A stretch of 64,000 nt of DNA from Candidatus Aminicenantales bacterium (GCA_049512315.1 JBEKXF010000004.1:1-64000), one strand, 5' to 3'. Shown: positions 1 through 8,379, counted from the first letter of the stretch. Translations and numbers: made by a program. Notes: generated by a model not told the origin, from the sequence alone.

Positions 1-122
1 TGGCGAAGGGAATACAATCGCTTCAGGCCGCATAGCTCCTTAGGCTATAGGCCGCCGGCCCCGGAGGCATATTTGGCTGGAAAATTCACTCAAGGGCTGG
101 TACATTGATCGGGGGCGGGTCA
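1..122 (+). mobile_element. Right end of an IS3-family insertion sequence (transposase C-terminus 1-108 plus right inverted repeat ending ...GGGGGCGGGTCA at 122)
   Basis: Frame 1 reads WRREYNRFRPHSSLGYRPPAPEA...LVH*, the typical IS3 OrfB tail (YN..RPHSSLGY.PP). The terminus ends in CA as IS3 ends do, and an unrelated reading frame resumes exactly at 123. Confidence 0.85.
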
Positions 123-230
123 AAAGTCGACCATGTCTATTTCTATAGAGCGCCTGTGGTGGATTCTGAAACCAGACGGAGTTATCTGGAGCAGGCCTAC
201 AAATTGGGCAAAGAGTTTGCCCAGTTATAA
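123..230 (+). pseudogene. 3' remnant of a gene interrupted by the IS3 element, probably a flavodoxin-fold NAD(P)H oxidoreductase
   Basis: [35 protein letters not shown] begins immediately after the IS terminal CA. The tail resembles NAD(P)H-dependent oxidoreductase C-termini (recognised from memory). Confidence 0.55.
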
Positions 231-250
231 AGGACGCGGCAGACAGTTGC

Positions 251-344
251 TATCGTAAGTTCCGCGACCTCTGGAAGCACGCCGACCCCGGCCTGCCCGA
301 GGTTGCGGACGCCAGGAAGCGGCTGGCCGGGGAGCACGGGCAGC
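251..344 (+). pseudogene. Orphan 3' tail of a TPR/Ser-Thr kinase-type gene (copy 1)
   Basis: Translates [27 protein letters not shown] with no upstream ORF. The same tail recurs at 8252-8293 and 9229-9267. Confidence 0.65.
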
Positions 345-421
345 CGCCCGGCCTGGCTCTGTTCCTCGGGCGCGCTTCCCGGACACCCTCGGGGCAAAGC
401 CCTCACTCGAAGGAGGCCAAA

Positions 422-484
422 GAGGCCCAGACCCGGACCGATCATCCCCGCACGGGTGGGGGCGGCGGCCGCGGCCGGTACTGA
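422..484 (+). pseudogene. 3' remnant of an RRM RNA-binding protein gene (copy 1)
   Basis: [20 protein letters not shown]; near-copy of 1676-1747. Confidence 0.65.
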
Positions 485-517
485 TCGCTTAACGATTAGC
501 TGACTCTATTCGAACGC

Positions 518-556
518 AAGGGCGGGGACCCGGGGTGGGCACTCCGCCCTTTTTTT
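518..556 (+). terminator. Rho-independent terminator after RRM remnant 1
   Basis: AAGGGCGG...CCGCCC hairpin followed by a T run. Confidence 0.75.
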
Positions 557-621
557 ATTTACGGGGGATTTCCGTTGTGATCTTCCGGCACGGTTCTTGA
601 ATCAACCCTCGCGATGGGCCA

Positions 622-750
622 GGAGTCTATCGCCCTCGCCATCCGGAGCGCACGGTCCTCTACCAGGTGCTGTTCTATCACTTCGACCGGTTCCTGGTCG
701 AATACGAGAAGCGCTTCGAGAAGAAATCCTGGTATTTTCGATTTCTTGAC
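622..750 (+). pseudogene. N-terminal remnant of an IS91-like (Y2) transposase
   Basis: GVYRPRHPERTVLYQVLFYHFDRFLVEYEKRFEKK resembles the N-terminus preceding the zinc-binding domain of IS91-family transposases. Similarity stops after about 40 codons. Confidence 0.6.
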
Positions 751-879
751 CCCCGTCAGGGGCCGGGATATACTCTTTTTGTGATGGGCAGGCCTGATTC
801 TGAGGTTGAACCCCGGGATTCCAAGCCGGGCAAAAAATAGGAAATTCCTATCTTGACTTTGATTGAGGAGAGGAGTTCC

Positions 880-1545
880 ATGATCATTCCTTATTTCCGT
901 CGTTGTCTTATCGCTCTTCTGCTGGCAGCTGCCGCCTTTGCCCCATGCGCCCTGGCGCAACAGGAGTTTCCGCCGCCGCAGGGCCATGGTCGCGTCGTCG
1001 TCCTCGTCTCGGGAACCGCTGGCCCCAAACACGACAGGGAATTTGCGCAGGCCATTGCCGCACTTGGCTACGACGTAGCGCTCTTCGACGGCAACAAGAT
1101 GGAAGGAACAGGCGCCGTAGGGATGAAGTCCGCCATTGAGCAGGCGAGGCAGATGCCTCACGCCCTTCCCGGAAAAGTCGCGCTGATCGGTCTCTCTCTT
1201 GGCGGCGGACTCGCCCTGGCTTATGGCTCCCTGATGCCCAATGAAGTCGCGGTCGACATCGTCTGGTACCCGGCCACGGGTTTCTTTTTGAGGCTTCCTG
1301 GATTCGTCAGACACATCAAGGTCCCGGTGTTGATGTTTGCCGGAGAGTCGGACACCTATCGCGACTGCTGCCTGATCTCGACGGCGCGCGCCATCGCAGC
1401 CGCCGCCAAAGTGCCTTTCGAACTTGTCACCTATCCCAACACCGGGCACGATTTTATTGTGGGTGGTAGCAACTACAATCCGCAGTCTTATAAAGACGCC
1501 CTCGACCGCTCCGCTGCCCGATTGAAAGCTGCTTTTGGCGATTGA
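880..1545 (+). CDS. Secreted dienelactone hydrolase-family alpha/beta hydrolase
   Basis: Signal peptide, GLSLGGG nucleophile elbow, AGESD acid and GHDF His. RBS AGGAG at 871-875 precedes ATG 880. Confidence 0.8.
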   Translation: MIIPYFRRCLIALLLAAAAFAPCALAQQEFPPPQGHGRVVVLVSGTAGPKHDREFAQAIAALGYDVALFDGNKMEGTGAVGMKSAIEQARQMPHALPGKVALIGLSLGGGLALAYGSLMPNEVAVDIVWYPATGFFLRLPGFVRHIKVPVLMFAGESDTYRDCCLISTARAIAAAAKVPFELVTYPNTGHDFIVGGSNYNPQSYKDALDRSAARLKAAFGD

Positions 1546-1600
1546 TTGCCAAAATTTCCCATATTCAAGGCAATAAAAAAGCAGGGTTTTTCATCAGGCC

Positions 1601-1747
1601 GTGAAGGAAGAGGCCGAGAAGGCCATCAGCGGCCTGAACGGCAAGGACCTCAAGGGCCATCCGTTGACGGTCAACGAGGCCCGGCCCCGGACCGATCGTC
1701 CCCGCACGGGCGGCGGCGGCTTCGGCGGCGGCCGCGGCCGGTCTTAA
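1601..1747 (+). pseudogene. C-terminal half of an RRM RNA-binding protein gene (copy 2)
   Basis: KEEAEKAISGLNGKDLKGHPLTVNEARPRTDRPRTGGGGFGGGRGRS* is the classic bacterial RRM C-half with a Gly-rich tail. The RNP1/RNP2 N-half is absent. Confidence 0.8.
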
Positions 1748-1774
1748 TATACTAGTCGACTATATTCGACACAT

Positions 1775-1809
1775 AGGGCGGATGCCCGCAATGGGCCGTC
1801 CGCCCTTTT
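1775..1809 (+). terminator. Rho-independent terminator after RRM remnant 2
   Basis: AGGGCGGA...TCCGCCCT hairpin plus TTTT; homologous to 518-556. Confidence 0.75.
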
Positions 1810-2040
1810 ATATTTTGGGGGGATTTTCCCGGTTCGGGGACACGTCCGTACGACATGCATCCCCCATCGTCATCCGAGCCGCGCAACCGAGAAGCGGCCG
1901 CCGTTTTCACGCCTGAAAAACGGATCAAATCAGGGAGCAGGCCCTCCCCTGGGGGCTGAACGCGGGGCTTCTGGAGAAGGGTATAGAAGGAGCTCACTGT
2001 GGTTGGCGTGAGGGTTCTACGAGGCACCCTGGCCCCTCTC

Positions 2041-2307
2041 CTCGGGGCCGTCTGTGAGCACAATTCCGAGCACATCATTCGGAAACGAGCTCGTAACGCA
2101 TTCATCTTCCATCAATTGAAAAGACGGCTCGGCTGCCTTCTAAGCAGCGGGTCGGGTGTTCGATTCACCCCAGGCGCGCTCCCATATTCCCCGAGAAATT
2201 AGCCATTTAGCCATCATCCCCGGCACCCGAAAATTGTCGCAATTTTGTACAGCTTTACACCGTTTTAGGCCTCTGCTGAGCACAATTTTGAGTACAATTG
2301 AGCACAG
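2041..2307 (+). repeat. att-like junction A: left arm boxes, tRNA-Arg 3' fragment, right arm boxes
   Basis: GAGCACAATTCCGAGCACATCAT (2056-2078) is identical to 9348-9370. GAGCACAA/GAGTACAA/GAGCACAG boxes at 2278, 2290 and 2300 match 5747 and 5758. Confidence 0.8.
2132..2178 (+). tRNA. 3' fragment of tRNA-Arg(UCU): anticodon arm, T arm and 3' acceptor strand only
   Basis: GCTGC-CTTCTAA-GCAGC anticodon arm, GGGTG-TTCGATT-CACCC T arm, CAGGCGC-G. No D arm or 5' acceptor strand upstream. Confidence 0.85.
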
Positions 2308-2466
2308 TCAAAGTTGAGGAGGCCCCCCTGTTTGCCAGACCCATTATCCCCCCACGATTCGTGCCGTGCTGACTGACTGCTCTCATGTGCGTTGACCTGC
2401 CCCCCCATAAATTGGCCCAAGATTCAGGGTTCAGGTCGCCGCCATGCGCTTCATGGGCCGTCCTCG

Positions 2467-3390
2467 CTATTTCTTCGGAGGGACTCGGTCCCCCTTGGAC
2501 GGGTCGGGCGGGAAGACGTCCTGGACCGAGAAGTCCACCCAGATCAGCGTCTCGGTGTTCGGCGTCGCGGCCAGAATGCGATCGCCGATCTCCTTGACGG
2601 GGTCCTTCATCTTGCCCCACCACGGCTTGTCGGTCTGGTAGCCGTATTGAAACCCGACGGGCGCCGGGGCGAAGGCCTTGCCCCACTTGGCGAACGCGTC
2701 GATCATCTCGTCCGCGGACTTGAAGATCTGGCTGTCGTCGACGAACATGATGCCGTCGCGGACGGTCGGGGGCATGACGTTCTCACGGAAGTGCTTCAGG
2801 AACATGCGGTAGGAGGGGTTATGAGAACGGGCCGCCGCCAGCCAAGTCCTGGCCATCTCGTCGGTCACCGGATCGCCGAGGTCGGGGTTATTAGAGCGGT
2901 GCCACTCGATGTCGACGCCGACCCCGATGACGCACTTGTGATGGCCGTAGTGGTCGAGCATCACGTGGAACGCCTTGTCGACGGGCGCCCAGCCCGGCTC
3001 GGTCTGGAGCCAGACGCGGTAGCCGAGCTTGTCAAAGAGCTGGAGCACTGGCTCGCTGATGTCTTCGGGCATCCCTGTGATGAGCGGGTCGACGCCGGGG
3101 GGGACCGGGAATGACATCTCGGTGCCGCGGCCCTTCAGCCGGCTCACGATCCAGATGGCTTCCGGTCTCGCGCCGGGGAACTTGGCCGCGATCTCGGTCC
3201 CGGTCCGCGCCCAATACCCCGGACCGGGGTCGTTCGGGCGGCCGTACGTCGAGCTGCGGATGCCCGCGCCCTTGAGATTGTCCGTCCGCGCCGCCAGTAC
3301 GGACACGCAGATCGCCACGGCCAGAAGGACCGTCAGCCCCGCCGCCGTCCTCGGCGACGCCCCGCGCCTGTTCGCCCGCATCATGGTCAT
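2467..3390 (-). CDS. Secreted hypothetical protein, possibly a TIM-barrel glycoside hydrolase-like fold
   Basis: Long ORF with GC3-rich codon usage, RBS GGAGGG before ATG 3390 and a signal peptide. GVGVDIEW loosely recalls the GH18 DxE motif. Confidence 0.7.
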   Translation of the reverse strand: MTMMRANRRGASPRTAAGLTVLLAVAICVSVLAARTDNLKGAGIRSSTYGRPNDPGPGYWARTGTEIAAKFPGARPEAIWIVSRLKGRGTEMSFPVPPGVDPLITGMPEDISEPVLQLFDKLGYRVWLQTEPGWAPVDKAFHVMLDHYGHHKCVIGVGVDIEWHRSNNPDLGDPVTDEMARTWLAAARSHNPSYRMFLKHFRENVMPPTVRDGIMFVDDSQIFKSADEMIDAFAKWGKAFAPAPVGFQYGYQTDKPWWGKMKDPVKEIGDRILAATPNTETLIWVDFSVQDVFPPDPSKGDRVPPKK

Positions 3391-3597
3391 GTTGGTTTCC
3401 CTCCGGGATTCGGTTCGATGATGTCCGGCCGGCCTGAGCCGGGGGTATGTCGAAGCGGTGGAAAGGCCGAAAAAGCATCCGGGCTTCCCAATTCTCCGCA
3501 TGGTCCGATTCGACTATATCACGGGGAGGGGGCGGGTTGCTAGGAAGCTCCGCAGATCAAGCAAGATAGACGCTGGTTAGTCAATCCCCGCCGGGAT

Positions 3598-3647
3598 CCG
3601 ACCTGTCACGCCGGAGGTCGCGAGTTCGAGTCTCGTCGGCCCCGCCA
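3598..3647 (+). tRNA. 3' fragment of tRNA-Asp(GUC) ending in CCA
   Basis: CCGAC-CTGTCAC-GCCGG-AGGTC-GCGAG-TTCGAGT-CTCGT-CGGCCCC-G-CCA. The 5' half is not recognisable. Confidence 0.85.
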
Positions 3648-3915
3648 CTTTTCCCCATATTAATCAACGTTTTCCTTTTCGCCTCATTAAGCCAAGTTAG
3701 GCGAGTTAGCACAATCTGGCACCGGCGTTACACGGGGATTAGTCTACCCTCCCGCCGGGACGCTGGAACCAGGGCCGGTTTGGGCGGTTTTAAGGGGGGA
3801 TAATTAATCGCGGTGATAACGATTAACATTGGGAGAGCGAGCAAGGGGGATGCGTGCCAGTCGAGAAAATTCTTTGGGTTTGGAAATCTATTGACGTTCT
3901 CCGGGGCGCATGGCA

Positions 3916-3944
3916 TTGACTTCGTAGTTCCGCGGCGTTATAAG
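3916..3944 (+). promoter_or_regulatory. Sigma70-type promoter of the NTF2/SnoaL gene trio
   Basis: TTGACT-17 bp-TATAAG. Confidence 0.55.
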
Positions 3945-4046
3945 TTAACTAGCAAGAGATAAGGGGAAGTCGAAGCTTAGCATTTACGGAAAATCTATCT
4001 TTGCCGTCCCCCCCCGTCTCTGAATCGCTTCAAAAGGAGGGTTTTT

Positions 4047-4508
4047 ATGAAACGTATGGCTATTGCAGTCTGCGCGGTTGTCTTGGTCTTGGCAGTCGCC
4101 GTCTTCGCACAGACAGCGGCAAAGCCAAAGAGCGGCAGTGCGGAACAGGAACTGCTGAAGCTTGAGCAGGAGTGGGGCGATGCCTTGGTAAAGCCCGACT
4201 TAGCATTCCTTGACCGGATTTTGGGCGAGGATTACATGTTTACAAGCCCCGAAGGTGAGGTCCTGACAAAAGCCCAGATGCTGGCGGAGCTGAAGTCCGG
4301 AGAGGATGTGGTATCGTCCGTGGTGAATTTTGATATGAAGGTCCGAGTCTACGGAAATGCGGCGGTCGTTACCGGCCACAGCACGGACAAAGAGACGGTC
4401 AAGGGCAAGGATATCAGTGGTGAGTACCGCTGGACCGATACATGGATAAGGAAGGGCGGCCGCTGGCAATGCGTAGCCGACCATGCATCGAGGGTAGCCG
4501 GGAAGTAG
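4047..4508 (+). CDS. Secreted NTF2-like (DUF4440) protein
   Basis: Signal peptide; EQELLKLEQEW...VRVYGNAAVVTG...RWTDTW...GRWQCVADH pattern; RBS AGGAGG. Confidence 0.85.
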   Translation: MKRMAIAVCAVVLVLAVAVFAQTAAKPKSGSAEQELLKLEQEWGDALVKPDLAFLDRILGEDYMFTSPEGEVLTKAQMLAELKSGEDVVSSVVNFDMKVRVYGNAAVVTGHSTDKETVKGKDISGEYRWTDTWIRKGGRWQCVADHASRVAGK

Positions 4509-4549
4509 AAACGAGCGTCTGCCGGTCTAAATGCCAACAGGAGGGGAAA

Positions 4550-5095
4550 ATGAAAAAGTATCTTTTTGAAGTTCCTCTAGTCCTTCTGCTTTGTTTTTCG
4601 TTTGCTTGCCAGGACAGAGCGGCGATGGCGGAGCTGGAAAAGTATAAGGCCCAGGCGAAAATCGAAGAGCAAAACGAAGCCCTAGTCAGGACCGTATTCG
4701 ACGGATTAAACCAGCGAAAGGAAGCTGTCTACCAAGAGATTTACGCCCCTGAATATGGGTGGCGTTTTCCCTCGAACAATTCTAAAGCGATGACCCGGGA
4801 AGAGGAAGCGGGATTCGTCAAGTTGCTTTGGGCCGGATTCCCGGACATCCATTGGGATATCGTAGAAATGGTCTCCCGCGGCGACCGAGTCATCGCCAGA
4901 TATGTCGCTCGGGGCACCCACAAGGGCGAATATCAGGGCCTCCTCCCGACGGGGAACACGTTCGAGGGCGGCGGAATTTGGATGGGCCGCATCAAGGACG
5001 GAAAAATTGTTGACGCCAGGGAAGACTTTGACGTTCTGGGATGGATGCAACAGCTCGGCATGGAGCTGAAGCCGATACAGGCAAAGAAGAAATAA
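4550..5095 (+). CDS. SnoaL-like ester cyclase lipoprotein
   Basis: Lipobox-like FSFAC; GFPDIHWDI...GDRVIARY..RGTHKGEYQGLLPTG...DGKIV motifs; RBS AGGAGG. Confidence 0.85.
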   Translation: MKKYLFEVPLVLLLCFSFACQDRAAMAELEKYKAQAKIEEQNEALVRTVFDGLNQRKEAVYQEIYAPEYGWRFPSNNSKAMTREEEAGFVKLLWAGFPDIHWDIVEMVSRGDRVIARYVARGTHKGEYQGLLPTGNTFEGGGIWMGRIKDGKIVDAREDFDVLGWMQQLGMELKPIQAKKK

Positions 5096-5105
5096 GGAGG
5101 GTGTT

Positions 5106-5567
5106 ATGAGACGTATTGCTATTGCAGTCTGTGTAGTTGTCTTGGTCTTAGGAGTTACCGCCTGGACGCAGACCCCGGCCCAGCCAAAGAGCGGGAGTGT
5201 GGAACAGGAGTTGATAAAGCTGGAGAATGGTTGGAACGATGCCATGGTCAAGCATGACTGGGCATTTTTAGATCAGATTCTCGCAGATGACTACACAGGG
5301 ACAAGCTCCGATGGTATCGTGTCGACCAAAGCCCAGGAAATCGCGACTCTGAAGTCTGGGGATTCTGTTGTCAAGTATGCGGTGGCTGACGCCTTTAAGG
5401 TCCGTATCTATGGAGACGTAGCAGTGGTCACTTTCCTCTACACCTCCAAAGGGGAATCCAAAGGCAAGGATACCAGCGGTCAGTTCAGAATTACGGATAC
5501 TTGGGTCAAGCACGCCGGGCGTTGGCAGTGCGTGGCAGACCACACCTCGAAGATAGCGCAGAAATAG
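5106..5567 (+). CDS. Secreted NTF2-like (DUF4440) protein, paralog of 4047-4508
   Basis: Same length (153 aa) and collinear motifs as 4047-4508. Confidence 0.85.
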   Translation: MRRIAIAVCVVVLVLGVTAWTQTPAQPKSGSVEQELIKLENGWNDAMVKHDWAFLDQILADDYTGTSSDGIVSTKAQEIATLKSGDSVVKYAVADAFKVRIYGDVAVVTFLYTSKGESKGKDTSGQFRITDTWVKHAGRWQCVADHTSKIAQK

Positions 5568-5653
5568 TCCCAACCTGCGCCAGGCATCCCGGCGACTAAA
5601 CGATTTAGTCTCGCTGGCTATAAGGGGATAGGTTTACTCTCTCCCCGGGAGGC

Positions 5654-5726
5654 GCGCCCCTAGCTTGGAGGGTAGAGACGTGGACTCCGGATCCAAAGGT
5701 CGGGGGTTCGAGTCCATCCAGGCGCG
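5654..5726 (+). tRNA. Degenerate (pseudo) tRNA-Arg(CCG), full length
   Basis: GCGCCCC-TAGCTT...TGGA-CTCCGGA-TCCA...GGGGG-TTCGAGT-CCATC-CAGGCGC-G, with mismatches in the acceptor, D, anticodon and T stems. Followed by right-arm boxes at 5733-5765. Confidence 0.7.
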
Positions 5727-6089
5727 CTCCCATTTAGGCCTCTGCCGAGCACAATTTGAGCACAATGGGCTCGCCGGGCTGAAAGGCCTGGGGTGGATTA
5801 TCAACCTTGTGTGATAACGTTTCTCGTGAGGAGAACGGGCGGGGGACAGCCAACCTATCCGCCGAAAATTTCTGGGTGATTTTTTTGGTTACATCCCCCG
5901 CAGCCTTTGCCCTGCTGACTGACCGGTCGCATGTGCGTGATACTTCGCAGGGCATATGCGCTATTTCTGGCCCATCTAAGCCTATCGGCATGTTAAAGCC
6001 CGCCTTCCCCGATCTGAGCGTGACTTGACAGCCTAACTCATGATGCTTTATCGTCTCTGACGATTGGAGCCGATAAAAGGAGTACATAT

Positions 6090-8153
6090 ATGCCAGCCTA
6101 CCTTTCTCATGGGAAGGACAGATCTTTATACATACTCTTTCTAATCATCACTTGTCTTTCGCTTGGGGCCGGTTCTCTCTTCGCACAGTCGCCCGCGAAA
6201 CGACTGCTCACAGCTGATGACGTGTACCGCATGAAGGAGGTCGGCGGTCCGCAGGTTTCGCCGGACGGCAAGTGGATTGCCTACACTGTCACAAGCGTAG
6301 ACCGCGAGGCCGACAAGCTGCAAAGCGCTATCTGGATGGTCAGTTGGGAGGGTACGCAGGATTTACAGATCACCAATGGGCCGGACTCGGACACGTCGCC
6401 GCGCTGGAGCCCGGATGGCAGGTATCTGGCGTTTCTTTCCGCACGTCCCGCCGAAGGGAAGTCACAGATCTGGCTGCTCGATCGACGCGGCGGCGAAGCG
6501 AGCCAACTGACGAACGTCAAAGCTGAGATTAGCACCTATGAATGGTCGCCGGATAGCAAGGGGCTCGTGCTGGTCATGCGGGACAGCGAGGAGGACCTGG
6601 GCGAAACGCACAATCCCAAAGCCAAGGCGCCGAAGCCGATCGTCATTGATAGGTACCGCTTCAAGCGGGACATCGAGGGCTATCTCACCGCTTCGTCCCT
6701 CGATCATCTTTATCTGTTCGAGGTTGAGAGCAAGAAGCTGGAAGCTCTGACTGGCGTAAAGAATTTTGATGAGACCGATCCGGCCTGGTCCCCCGACGGG
6801 TCGCAACTCGCGTTTTTCAGCAACCATGCGAAGGAGCCCGATCAGACCGAGACGACCGATATTTTTATTGTCGAAGCGCGCGCCGGAGCCGAGCCGCGCA
6901 AGCTGCTCACCATCTGCAGGCCGGACGAGCAGCGGTTGGTCTGGAGTCCGAACGGCCGGACGCTCGCCTTCCTCCAGGGTCTTGAGTCGAAGTTCAATTT
7001 CTACAACGTTGATCGGCTGGCCGTCGTGCCGGTCACGGGCGGCGAGCCGCGCACGCTCACCGCCAAGCTCGACCGTCGGGTGTCCCAGGCTGAATTCATG
7101 CCGGACGGTTCCGCCCTGACCTTCTTGGTGGAAGACGACCGGCGTGCGTATCTAGGAAAGGTCGCCGTCGGCGGCGGCAACGTGGAGCCCATGAGCGACG
7201 GCAGCGCTGTCCTCAGTAAGCGCGCGGGCAGCGGCGGGCATACGGCTGTCGCGGCGGCGACGGATTCGACGGCGACGGAGATCTACGCGCTCGAGAACGG
7301 AAAGCTGCGCAAACTGACCGCGCACAACGACGCCCTTCTTGCCGAATTGCAGCTGGGCGTTGTCGAAGACATCAGCTTCCAGAGCAAGGACGGCACGGAA
7401 ATCCATGGCCTGATGGTCAAGCCACCCCCGTATGAGGCGGGGAAGAAATTTCCCACGTTGGTGTGGATCCACGGCGGCCCGAACATGCAGGACGACCATG
7501 CGCTTCTGTTCGATCTGTATCCGCTGCAGCTTGAGCGGCAGTTCTTTGCGGCGCACGGCTATATCGTTCTGGCGATCAACTATCGTGGCAGCAGCGGGCG
7601 TGGCGCTGAGTTCACGCGGAGCATTCTCGCCGATTGGGGAAACAGAGAGGTCGCCGATCTGCTCGCCGGCGTCGACTACGCTGTGCGGATGGGGATCGCG
7701 GACCCTGACCGGCTCGGCATAGGCGGCTGGAGCTACGGCGGCATCCTGACGAACTACACGATCGCGACGGACACGCGGTTCAAGGCCGCCATCAGCGGGG
7801 CAGGCAGCGCCCTGCAGCTCTCGATGTACGGGAGCGACCAGTACGTCCGGCAGTACGAGCAGGAAATCGGCCTCCCCTGGAAGGCCACGGATGCGTGGAT
7901 CCGTATCTCCTATCCGTTCTTCTGGGCCGACCGGATCAAGACGGCCACCCTGTTCATAGGCGGCGAAAAAGACTTTAATGTCCCGATCATCGGCAGCGAG
8001 CAGATGTACCAGGCGCTGAGAACGCTCGGCGTTCCCACGCAGCTGGTGGTCTATCCGGGGCAGTACCATTTGCTCACGCGTCCGAGTTACATTCACGAGC
8101 GGCTGGAACGGTATTTGGCGTGGTTTGACAAGTACTTGAAGAGCCCGAAGTAG
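6090..8153 (+). CDS. S9 family (prolyl oligopeptidase/acylaminoacyl peptidase) with PD40/beta-propeller repeats
   Basis: WSPDG repeats, IHGGP, GGWSYGG catalytic Ser, DFNVP Asp and YPGQYH His; signal peptide. Confidence 0.95.
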   Translation: MPAYLSHGKDRSLYILFLIITCLSLGAGSLFAQSPAKRLLTADDVYRMKEVGGPQVSPDGKWIAYTVTSVDREADKLQSAIWMVSWEGTQDLQITNGPDSDTSPRWSPDGRYLAFLSARPAEGKSQIWLLDRRGGEASQLTNVKAEISTYEWSPDSKGLVLVMRDSEEDLGETHNPKAKAPKPIVIDRYRFKRDIEGYLTASSLDHLYLFEVESKKLEALTGVKNFDETDPAWSPDGSQLAFFSNHAKEPDQTETTDIFIVEARAGAEPRKLLTICRPDEQRLVWSPNGRTLAFLQGLESKFNFYNVDRLAVVPVTGGEPRTLTAKLDRRVSQAEFMPDGSALTFLVEDDRRAYLGKVAVGGGNVEPMSDGSAVLSKRAGSGGHTAVAAATDSTATEIYALENGKLRKLTAHNDALLAELQLGVVEDISFQSKDGTEIHGLMVKPPPYEAGKKFPTLVWIHGGPNMQDDHALLFDLYPLQLERQFFAAHGYIVLAINYRGSSGRGAEFTRSILADWGNREVADLLAGVDYAVRMGIADPDRLGIGGWSYGGILTNYTIATDTRFKAAISGAGSALQLSMYGSDQYVRQYEQEIGLPWKATDAWIRISYPFFWADRIKTATLFIGGEKDFNVPIIGSEQMYQALRTLGVPTQLVVYPGQYHLLTRPSYIHERLERYLAWFDKYLKSPK

Positions 8154-8251
8154 AATCATCCTCGCCCGATCTATTTTCTCGACATGATATTTCTTTTCCA
8201 GTTGTTTATTCTTCACCCGAAGGCCAGTGTTCTCGTTGCCCAACCTCCGGC

Positions 8252-8293
8252 GTCGAGGCCCGGAAGCGGCTGGCTGGGCTGACGGGCGGTTGA
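8252..8293 (+). repeat. TPR/kinase 3'-tail remnant (copy 2)
   Basis: VEARKRLAGLTGG*; 8255-8293 matches 9229-9267 at 34 of 39 nt. Confidence 0.7.
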
Positions 8294-8379
8294 TCCCTCC
8301 TGATCTGCGATACTTGGCGAAGCATATGGGCCTCCCATTCTTATCGGTGATATCTTCAAGCCAAGTAACGGGGAGGGGG

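Noticed and set aside
586..600. Sigma54 promoter-like CGGCAC-N5-TTGA
   Set aside because: The -12 GC is replaced by GA and only a transposase remnant lies downstream.
3950..4030. Possible riboswitch in the NTF2 operon leader (GCAAGAGATA...TATCTTTGC pairing)
   Set aside because: No recognisable riboswitch consensus; an Rfam/Infernal search would be needed.
5654..5726. Functional tRNA-Arg(CCG)
   Set aside because: Mismatches in all four stems; reported as a pseudo-tRNA.
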